A DNA stretch of 64,000 bases, taken from contig JADJNW010000019.1 in the NCBI GenBank assembly GCA_016714085.1, positions 11,248 to 75,247 on the forward strand, given 5' to 3'. The notes under the pieces were generated by a model. It did not search any database. It saw only the letters and a program-made list of their open reading frames with translations, and was not told the origin of the DNA. Below are positions 55,448 through 64,000 of the stretch, piece after piece. Origin of the DNA: Saprospiraceae bacterium. Lineage in GTDB: Bacteria; Bacteroidota; Bacteroidia; Chitinophagales; Saprospiraceae. The position numbers and the translations under genes were made by a program. Numbering within the stretch: position 1 is the first letter of the stretch; every line of letters begins with the position of its first letter.

Positions 55448-56559
55448 TTATCGAATAGTAAATGTTAAATCAATAAAATCTTTTTCTTTAGCTTGATTGG
55501 GATGTTCTTGATATTGCTCATCAAAAGCTCGGGAAAGATTATTTCCTGCCAAGTCCTCTATATCCATACGGACGCGAATTGTGTATTTGCCTGATTGCCA
55601 GGGAGTTTTGGGAGTGAATTGCCAAATATATTCTTGATCGCTTATTTGAACTTTGCCATAAATTAAGTTTCCAGCGTTATCCAGCACATTAATTCCATTA
55701 TGTAACATCGCAAAATCCATCGGTTCTTGAAATTCCATCATTAAAGATTCATAACTATTAGGTTTTGGTGCTACGATTCGCCAGGTATCTGGTTGAGGTT
55801 TTATATTATCGGCTGCGCCAGCTTCAAAATTTTTATGATAATCTTTTGCAATGATAAACCATTAGTTCCCAGCCATTTATTTTGAATAATTAATTGATAT
55901 TTTTTCCGGCATCGAGCGGGTACCTTTTTCTTGATTGGGGATAAGCATCGTTTTGATACGACCCGGATCGAACCAAACGGTCAGGCGCGTTTGATCTTTA
56001 TTCCAAAGTTCTTGCTCCAGTTCCAAAAATGGCGCTTGTAATTTTTTACCATTTTCATCCAAAAGTTGAATGTACTGATATGCCTCGCCGAAGCGCATAG
56101 TCCGATCAAAGCAGATATAGAATTTCAATTGATTAGCAGGCCATTGCTCGGAGGAAGGATAAATCGCAGTGACCTTTGGAGGAACTTGTTCTGTTCGAAC
56201 GGGAATATTAATTTCATTTACTTGATGAATTTCTTTAATATTAATCTCCACCCAATATGTTTTTCCTTCGACAAAGGGAAATCGCGGTGTAAAATAAAGC
56301 AAACCCTTATCAATGCTCAGTTTTCCAAGCATTGGAAGTGCATTTTGATTTGGTTTTTCGCTGTAAATTTTGAAAAATGTTGCGATGAATAACCTTGCTT
56401 GTAAAGTGTTTCCAACAAAGATGCTTCCAGATTTTGAAATAATAAAGAACCAAAATGAGGATTTGTTTCATCGGTGACAAGCTGAATATTTGCCGATGAT
56501 TGAGCGTGTATCGTCCAAGATAAAAGGCATAAAAAGCAGATTAGCAACATTTTGTGCAT
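55448..56559 (-). CDS. Secreted protein with Ig-like/beta-sandwich regions, split into three ORFs (56317..56559, 55877..56332, 55448..55741) by two frameshifts
   Basis: The signal peptide is MHKMLLICFLCLLSWTIHAQ. The pieces join as ..FTAKNQ/..LGKLSIDKGLLYFTPRFPF.. and ..NQEKGT/PLDAGKKYQLIIQNKWLGTNGLSLQKDYHKNFEAG..PQPDTWRIVAPKPNSYESLMMEFQEP.. when single-base shifts are allowed. Confidence 0.6.
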
Positions 56560-56617
56560 AATAAAAAAATTAAAACTGGCTCTCGGAATTTTTCCAAAAG
56601 CCAGTTTTTAGGAGCAA

Positions 56618-57637
56618 TTATAACCATTGGGTAGGATAAGCTACTAAATTGAGCATACCATTAGGCATTCTTTGAAGCAACATTACATGCTCAGCGTTGT
56701 AATTATCAATATGCATAATACCGACTTTCGATAGCACATCATGTTGTAATCCTACCGCGTATTCCCCGTTTTTCAAAGGCTCGGTCAAACCCTTTTCCTG
56801 CTTGGGAATATTGTCAGGATTCACGCGGATCAAGGCTTTGGAAGAATTGGACATCAATAAATATTCTTTGCCATTCTTCTGATAAGTTATGATATCAACC
56901 GGCATATTACCGGAGCCAAATTCTGCAAGGGTTTTGTTCTTGACATGGCTGCCAGGCTTGATGTCGCTTACAGGAATGCTGACGAATGGCGTGCAAGTGT
57001 AAGATGCCAGCAGATATTTTTTGCCATTGATTTGATATGGGAATAAGGTTCGAATCGGGGACTCGGTTTCCCATTTGCCGTGGGCTACGTGCCAAACTTC
57101 CATTGTGGCGTAATGCGCGGTCTTTCCGAAAGGAAAATCCAAAACCCGAAGAACAGAGGCAAACTCCTCATTGCTCAAGCCTGCGATATACAATTTGCCG
57201 TCATCATAAGCAATATCCGTGATAGCGTCGGTGCGCTCGTCGCTCTTGCGCCAATTTTGTTTGCCTTCATTAATTACATTTGGAACTTCTGTGACAGAAT
57301 GGCGGATATCGTTCAAATCTACTTCGCTTATTTTACCATCAGATGTAACTTTTAGTAAAATATTTGCATAGGTTATATCATTCGGTAACTTCCAGAATCC
57401 CAATTGATTAGCATCTGCGCGTGATGCAGCGATGTAAATATTTTGAGAAATTTTATTTACTGCTATATCATGTATAATAACGCCTTGTCGATCAGTACCG
57501 AGTAGATTAGCGAGTTTACCTTCTATATCAGCCAATTCAAATGCTTCTTTGGATGCATTGACGGTGCGATCATTCAAATCAAGTGCGAATAATTTGCCTG
57601 CTTTGGAATCACCAACAAACAAGATGCCTTCCACCAA
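56618..57637 (-). CDS. Hypothetical secreted protein (beta-propeller-like composition); the signal-peptide exon lies in another frame up to 57785
   Basis: Upstream, MRKLLTHFSFLTIFLLLAFTLSANELDYKTLTKDFVQGKAAVQSISVMSFG (ATG 57785) joins VEGILFVGDSKAGKLFAL after a 1-nt shift at ~57640. Confidence 0.55.
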   Translation of the reverse strand: MVEGILFVGDSKAGKLFALDLNDRTVNASKEAFELADIEGKLANLLGTDRQGVIIHDIAVNKISQNIYIAASRADANQLGFWKLPNDITYANILLKVTSDGKISEVDLNDIRHSVTEVPNVINEGKQNWRKSDERTDAITDIAYDDGKLYIAGLSNEEFASVLRVLDFPFGKTAHYATMEVWHVAHGKWETESPIRTLFPYQINGKKYLLASYTCTPFVSIPVSDIKPGSHVKNKTLAEFGSGNMPVDIITYQKNGKEYLLMSNSSKALIRVNPDNIPKQEKGLTEPLKNGEYAVGLQHDVLSKVGIMHIDNYNAEHVMLLQRMPNGMLNLVAYPTQWL

Positions 57638-57873
57638 AAGACATTACACTGATGGATTGCACGGCGGCCTTGCCTTGCACAAAATCTTTAGTAAGCGTTT
57701 TGTAATCTAATTCGTTTGCGGAAAGCGTGAATGCAAGTAAAAGGAAGATAGTAAGGAACGAGAAATGGGTTAGCAACTTTCTCATGATGGTCGGGTTTTT
57801 GTGAAAAAATTGATTTCGACCATTAAATTAGAAAAGCTAAACCACTTCTCAAAAAGAATAACAAATCCTTAAC

Positions 57874-58959
57874 CTATGCGTTACGATTGATGCAATTTAA
57901 ATCTTCAAATGCCTGTTTAAGACGAGCTACAAATGTTTTCTCGCCTTCGCGCAGCCAGGTGCGTGGATCGTAGTACTTTTTATTGGGTTTGTCAGCGCCT
58001 TCCGGGTTGCCCAATTGTGCTTGCAAATAGCCTTTATTTTTCTCATAATAACCGCGAACGCCATCCCAGAATGCCCATTGCATATCGGTGTCAATATTCA
58101 TTTTTACCGCACCGTACTCAATCGCTTCGCGGATTTCGCTTTGTGCAGAACCAGAGCCACCATGAAAAACAAAGTTAATCGGGGTAGCGCCATTTAAGCT
58201 GTGCTTTTGGCGAATATAATCCTGCGAATTTTTCAGGATAATCGGCTTGAGCTCTACATTTCCAGGCTTGTAAACGCCGTGAACATTGCCAAAAGCTGCT
58301 GCAATCGTGAAACGATCACTCACTTGCTTCAAATGCGTATAAGCATAATCCACCTCTTCAGGCTGTGTGTAAAGACGCGCATTATCTATGCCCGTATTAT
58401 CGACACCATCTTCCTCACCGCCGGTCACGCCCAATTCAATTTCAAGCGTCATACCCAGTTTACTCATTCTTTCAAAGAAATGAACACAGGTTTCGATATT
58501 CTCTTCCAGCGGTTCTTCCGACAGATCAAGCATATGCGAGCTGTACAATGGATAACCATTCTTTTTATAAAAATCTTCACCAAAATCAAGCAATCCTTCT
58601 ACCCAGGGTAGAATATTCTTGGCGCAGTGATCGGTGTGCAAAATAACCGTTACACCATAAGCCTTCGCTACTTGATGTACGTGCATGGCTCCAGAAACGC
58701 CGCCCAAAATAGAAGCTTGTTGATCTTTATTGGACAAACCCTTGCCAGCAAAAAATGCCGAGCCGCCATGGGAAAACTGAATAATAACGGGTGAATTCAC
58801 TTCTCGTGCAGTTTCCAACACCGCATTCACAGAGTTGGTACCGATCACATTGACCGCCGGAAGCGCAAAGTTGTGCTCATTGGCATAATTGAATAATTCG
58901 GTTACTTCGTCGCCATGTAGAACGCCCGGACGAAAACGGGTGGATATGCTTGTTGACAT
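57874..58959 (-). CDS. fba: Class II fructose-bisphosphate aldolase
   Basis: FALPAVNVIGTNSVNAVLETA, PVIIQFSHGG, HTDHC, EIELGVTGGEEDGV, GNVHGVYKPGNV, FVFHGGSG and KMNIDTD are present. Confidence 0.95.
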   Translation of the reverse strand: MSTSISTRFRPGVLHGDEVTELFNYANEHNFALPAVNVIGTNSVNAVLETAREVNSPVIIQFSHGGSAFFAGKGLSNKDQQASILGGVSGAMHVHQVAKAYGVTVILHTDHCAKNILPWVEGLLDFGEDFYKKNGYPLYSSHMLDLSEEPLEENIETCVHFFERMSKLGMTLEIELGVTGGEEDGVDNTGIDNARLYTQPEEVDYAYTHLKQVSDRFTIAAAFGNVHGVYKPGNVELKPIILKNSQDYIRQKHSLNGATPINFVFHGGSGSAQSEIREAIEYGAVKMNIDTDMQWAFWDGVRGYYEKNKGYLQAQLGNPEGADKPNKKYYDPRTWLREGEKTFVARLKQAFEDLNCINRNA

Positions 58960-59039
58960 ATTGGGTAAAAGATTTAAGATTCAATGGCGCAAAAGTACCA
59001 AAATTGGGTGAACACTAAATATAAAAGAGACAATATTAA

Positions 59040-59999
59040 TCAGTTAGCATCTGCCATTTCTTCCACTTCTTTTGCAGCGAGGTAGCGCTCGGCATCCAAT
59101 GCCGCCATACAGCCCGTGCCTGCTGCGGTTACTGCCTGCCGATAGACATTATCCTGAGCATCACCACTAGCAAATACACCTTCGATATTAGTGCGGGTTG
59201 TACCGGGAATGGTCTTGATATAACCAGCCTCATCCATATCCAGCCAGCCTTTGAATACATCGGTATTTGGCTTATGTCCAATCGCTACGAAAAAGCCTTG
59301 TGCTGGCAGGGTTTTCTCTTCCCCAGTTTCGCTGTTTTTGATCCGAACGCCTTCTACAAATTCTTCTCCCAGAATTTCAGTTGCCTCGGTGTTCCAATGC
59401 ACTTCAAGGTTAGAGGCTCTAAAGACACGCTCTTGCATGATTTTAGAAGCCCGCATTTCATCTCGACGCACCAGTAAATGCACTTTTTTAACCAATTTAG
59501 ATAGATAAGTCGCTTCTTCTGCCGCTGTATCGCCACCGCCAATCACCACCACTTCTTTTCCTCTATAGAAAAAACCATCACATACCGCACAAGCCGAAAC
59601 CCCTTTGCCTTCACGCGCCATCTGTGCCTCACGAGGCAGCCCAAGCCATTTAGCGCTCGCACCTGTTGAAATAATTACTGTATCGGCATGAATTTCCTTT
59701 CCAGCGTCTGTCCATACTTTATGAATCGGGCCGGAAAAGTCAACTTTATTGATTAATTCATAGCGAACTTCTGTACCAAAACGCTCCGCTTGTTTGCGAA
59801 AGTCCTCCATCATATCTGGCCCAGTTATACCTTCAGGATAGCCAGGATAATTTTCAACCTCCGTAGTCGTAGTGAGCTGACCGCCAGGCTGTTCGCCTGT
59901 GTACAAAACAGGATTCATATTTGCTCTGGCTGCGTAAATTGCTGCGGTATAACCCGCTGGTCCTGAGCCGATAATAAGGCATTTGATATGTTCTTTCAT
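59040..59999 (-). CDS. trxB: Thioredoxin-disulfide reductase
   Basis: IIGSGPAGYTAAIYAARA, the redox CAVCDG, VIGGGDTAAEEATYL and GVFASGD are present. Confidence 0.95.
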   Translation of the reverse strand: MKEHIKCLIIGSGPAGYTAAIYAARANMNPVLYTGEQPGGQLTTTTEVENYPGYPEGITGPDMMEDFRKQAERFGTEVRYELINKVDFSGPIHKVWTDAGKEIHADTVIISTGASAKWLGLPREAQMAREGKGVSACAVCDGFFYRGKEVVVIGGGDTAAEEATYLSKLVKKVHLLVRRDEMRASKIMQERVFRASNLEVHWNTEATEILGEEFVEGVRIKNSETGEEKTLPAQGFFVAIGHKPNTDVFKGWLDMDEAGYIKTIPGTTRTNIEGVFASGDAQDNVYRQAVTAAGTGCMAALDAERYLAAKEVEEMADAN

Positions 60000-60250
60000 A
60001 AAACTTTGTTTGAAAGCAAGTTTTGTCTTGCCGCTAAAATTCTGGCAAAAATAATAATTCCTGAATGGGAAAATATGTAATTTTTGTTACACAATTAGGA
60101 AACGTTTTGACTTCGAGAAGGGTTGAATATAAAAACTTCGTCGGGCGGACAGTTTTGTTTGCCGATAATTCGACTAAATTCGTCCTCAGTTGTTGAAATA
60201 TTGAAGGGCTTTTATTACCTTTTACAAAATTTTCATAAAAAATTCTGAAA

Positions 60251-61789
60251 ATGTTAGATTTTATTGCTTCTTTATATGCGCAGTTTTATGCACTTAGCGT
60301 GCTTGCACTGATAGGTTGGACTTATTTCTCTGATCAGGGAAAACGCGCTCAGAATTTCCAAAGATTACTTGCTATTGCTTTTAGCACTTATTTTTTGAGT
60401 GTTATCTCCGCAGATGCCCATTTTGGCTTTAAGCTGGGTGTGTTATTCCGCGATTTGATCGTGATGGGTGCGCTTGGATTTTTATTTAAAGCTTTTTTGC
60501 ACAAACGAGCAGTATTCATTGTGGGTTCAATTTTATTGGCTGCTGGCTTCTCCTGGTTTTATTTTGCAAAAGTAAAAACGACTTTTGCAGAAAAGGTCAG
60601 TGTTATCAAAGGTTTGAGCTTGGATAAAAATGGAGAATTATTAATTGAAATAAAGGAAAAATCAACTTTAAACAAATTACAAAAAACGCTTCAACAATAT
60701 AATTTGAGTGCTGAACGTGCATTCTGTCCTGAAAAAGAAGATGCTACGAATTTGGATAATTATTATGTAATAAATATTCCGGCAAAATTTGAAGGCGATA
60801 TTACAAAAATCGAACAAGCGCTTTATAAATCGGGCATTGTAGCATGGGTGGAAGAAAACGAAGTGGTCAATGTTGCACCCATAGAAAGCACAAAACTGCC
60901 CCCGATTAATAATAAATTTGGTATCAATGATCCCAGCTTAGATCAGTTGTGGGGCTTTGAAGCAATGAATGTAGATCAATTATATAATTATTTGAGCGCC
61001 AATAAAATAAAGCCAAAACGTAAAGCTTTAATCGCCATTCTTGATACGGGCGTGGATGGAAACCACGAGGATTTGAAAGGCAATTTTAAATCTACTAAAA
61101 GCCAGTATGACAATGACCCCGTTGGGCACGGAACACATTGCGCGGGCATTGCAGGAGCAGTGAGCAACAACGGTATCGGTGTAGCTTCCTTTTCGACCGA
61201 TAATGCTTATATTCAATTAACAAGTATAAAAGTTCTTAATTCGTATGGATCTGGTACACAGCAAAGTATCATTAAAGGCATGATCGAAGCAGCGGATAAA
61301 AGCGCGGATGTGCTTTCGATGTCTTTGGGCGGTTTTTCAGATCGCTTTAAAATAAAAGCTTATGCCGACGCTGTGAAGTATGTAGAGAAAGCTGGAGGCA
61401 TTGTGGTGGCTGCGGCCGGTAATTCCAATCGGAACGCCAAAGATTATTCGCCTGTGAACACGCCTGGCGTGATTGGTGCGAGCGCTATTGATCAGGATTT
61501 AAATAAGGCTGTTTTCTCTAATACGGTCAACGATATTCAAATGGGCGTAGCTGCGCCGGGCGTGGCTATTTATTCTTCGATTCCGAATAATAAGTATAAT
61601 GCTTATAATGGTACTTCGATGGCAACGCCTTATGTAGCAGGATTGGTGGGCTTGCTGAAAAGTTTGAACCCAAAATTAACAGCAAAAGAAGCCTATGATA
61701 TTTTAAATAAAACGGGCAAGAATACAAAAGCAACAAATCTTACCGGAAAGTTAATACAACCGGCTGAGGCAGTGAAAATTATGCAATAG
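60251..61789 (+). CDS. S8-family (subtilisin-like) serine peptidase with an N-terminal multi-TM region
   Basis: The catalytic triad contexts are AILDTGVD, HGTHCAGIAGA and GTSMATPYVAGLVGLL. About 4 hydrophobic helices occupy the first 100 aa. Confidence 0.9.
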   Translation: MLDFIASLYAQFYALSVLALIGWTYFSDQGKRAQNFQRLLAIAFSTYFLSVISADAHFGFKLGVLFRDLIVMGALGFLFKAFLHKRAVFIVGSILLAAGFSWFYFAKVKTTFAEKVSVIKGLSLDKNGELLIEIKEKSTLNKLQKTLQQYNLSAERAFCPEKEDATNLDNYYVINIPAKFEGDITKIEQALYKSGIVAWVEENEVVNVAPIESTKLPPINNKFGINDPSLDQLWGFEAMNVDQLYNYLSANKIKPKRKALIAILDTGVDGNHEDLKGNFKSTKSQYDNDPVGHGTHCAGIAGAVSNNGIGVASFSTDNAYIQLTSIKVLNSYGSGTQQSIIKGMIEAADKSADVLSMSLGGFSDRFKIKAYADAVKYVEKAGGIVVAAAGNSNRNAKDYSPVNTPGVIGASAIDQDLNKAVFSNTVNDIQMGVAAPGVAIYSSIPNNKYNAYNGTSMATPYVAGLVGLLKSLNPKLTAKEAYDILNKTGKNTKATNLTGKLIQPAEAVKIMQ

Positions 61790-61793
61790 AATT

Positions 61794-61845
61794 AATTACA
61801 GGTTTCAGGTTGAAAGTTCCAACTTCCAACTTGAAACCTGTAATT
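61794..61845 (+). terminator. Long hairpin (19-bp stem, one G.U pair on the plus-strand RNA) between the convergent S8 peptidase and ychF genes
   Basis: aattacaggtttcaggttg (61794-61812) pairs with caacttgaaacctgtaatt (61827-61845). The loop is aaagttccaacttc. Confidence 0.55.
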
Positions 61846-61863
61846 ATAAAACTTTCAAACGTT

Positions 61864-62961
61864 TTAAACATTAAATCGAAAGTGCATTACATCTCCATCA
61901 TTCACCACGTACTCTTTGCCTTCTACGCTCATTTTGCCTGCTTCTTTCACTGCAGCTTCTGAGCCATATTTTGTAAAATCTTCATATTTAATAACTTCCG
62001 CACGAATAAATCCTTTCTCAAAATCGGTATGAATCACGCCTGCTGCTTGCGGCGCTTTGTCGCCTCGATGGATCGTCCAGGCGCGCACTTCTTTTTCACC
62101 GGCAGTGAAATAAGTAATCAGATTCAGTAAATCGTAACAAGCGCGAATCACTTTATTGACGCCCGCTTCTGCCAAGCCCATTGCTTCTAAGTATTCGGCG
62201 CGTTCTTCTTTGCTTTCGAGTTCTGCAATCTCCGATTCTATTTGAGCGCTAATGAGAATAATTTCTGCATTTTCGGATGCAACTGCTTTTTTAAATGCCT
62301 CTGAATGTTCATTGCCATTTATTACAGAACCCTCATCCACATTGCAAACATAAAGGATGGGCTTGCCTGTCAATAAAAATAATTCCTCAAAAAATTCTTT
62401 TTCATCGTCGCGGAGTTCAAAGCTACGAGCTGGTTTTTCACTTTCGAGGTGTTTGAGTAGGCGCTCAGAAGTGTCAAGATTGCGCACGTCCTCTTTGCTG
62501 CCGCTTTTTGCGGAGCGGCGGAGTTTGTCGAGTCGTTTTTCCAGCGTTTCCATATCCTTGAGAATCAACTCCATATCGATGATTTCCTTGTCGCGCACAG
62601 GGTCAACGCTGCCATCTACATGTACTACGTTATCATCTACAAAACAACGCACTACGTGTACAATAGCGTCCACTTCACGTATGTTCGCAAGGAATTGATT
62701 ACCAAGTCCTTCTCCTTTGCTTGCTCCTTTTATTAAACCCGCAATATCCACAATTTCAACCGTTGTGGGCAATACTTTTTGCGGATTGACCAATTCGGCA
62801 AGTTTATCCAAACGCGCATCTGGCACAGTGATGACGCCGAGATTCGGTTCTTTGGTAGCGAATGGATAGTTGGCGGCCAATGCTTTAGCCGAAGTGAGCG
62901 CATTAAATAGTGTAGATTTTCCGACATTGGGCAAACCCACGATGCCTGCTTTGAGTCCCAT
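61864..62961 (-). CDS. ychF: Redox-regulated ATPase YchF
   Basis: [43 protein letters not shown] and the C-terminal TGS-like FIRAEV..Y.DF are present. Start is cat 62959-62961. Confidence 0.95.
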   Translation of the reverse strand: MGLKAGIVGLPNVGKSTLFNALTSAKALAANYPFATKEPNLGVITVPDARLDKLAELVNPQKVLPTTVEIVDIAGLIKGASKGEGLGNQFLANIREVDAIVHVVRCFVDDNVVHVDGSVDPVRDKEIIDMELILKDMETLEKRLDKLRRSAKSGSKEDVRNLDTSERLLKHLESEKPARSFELRDDEKEFFEELFLLTGKPILYVCNVDEGSVINGNEHSEAFKKAVASENAEIILISAQIESEIAELESKEERAEYLEAMGLAEAGVNKVIRACYDLLNLITYFTAGEKEVRAWTIHRGDKAPQAAGVIHTDFEKGFIRAEVIKYEDFTKYGSEAAVKEAGKMSVEGKEYVVNDGDVMHFRFNV

Positions 62962-63104
62962 ATTTTTCTCTTGGAATGCTGGAGTAATAAGAGCGTAGAG
63001 TATTGCATACCCCAAAAATCCATTACTCCAAATTAAAAAAACGCCGCAAAGATAGACTTTTTTGAGACATTAGATGTTAGACAATAGACTTTAGACGATA
63101 GAAT

Positions 63105-64000
<896 letters not shown>

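Overview
This is a chromosomal window from a Bacteroidota genome. Supporting marks are two proteins with T9SS type-B C-terminal sorting domains, a PorP/SprF gene, SprB-type repeats, DUF1573/DUF1080/DUF3857 proteins and TAnnTTTG-type -7 promoter boxes. Most of the window is housekeeping: nnr, smc, an ABC-F ATPase, folD, prmA, lpdA, folE, aroK, yajC, dnaG, fba, trxB, ychF and acpH. These are interspersed with cell-surface/secretion genes: a 711-aa and a 1597-aa T9SS cargo protein, PorP/SprF, a ~1500-aa secreted protein of unknown function, and a C39-peptidase ABC exporter with HlyD. I found no rRNA, tRNA, CRISPR array, transposase or integrase. The assembly is visibly error-prone. At least 15 frameshifts sit at short homopolymers, many in essential genes, and there are two low-complexity homopolymer tracts (2390-2500 and 63668-64000). 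Split ORFs should therefore not be read as genuine pseudogenes. The most interesting object is a Clp/Hsp100-type double-AAA+ ATPase (46459-49745, minus strand). It has an unrecognised N-domain, a degenerate D1 Walker B, and a ~320-aa C-terminal module colinear with class-I peptide release factors but lacking the GGQ domain. Secondary items are an internally duplicated orphan protein with a nested palindromic element on one side and an AT-rich iteron-like region on the other, a GtrB-like glycosyltransferase that has lost its acidic catalytic motifs next to the peptide exporter, a possible ~280-nt non-coding transcript upstream of lpdA, and two short dispersed intergenic motif families.
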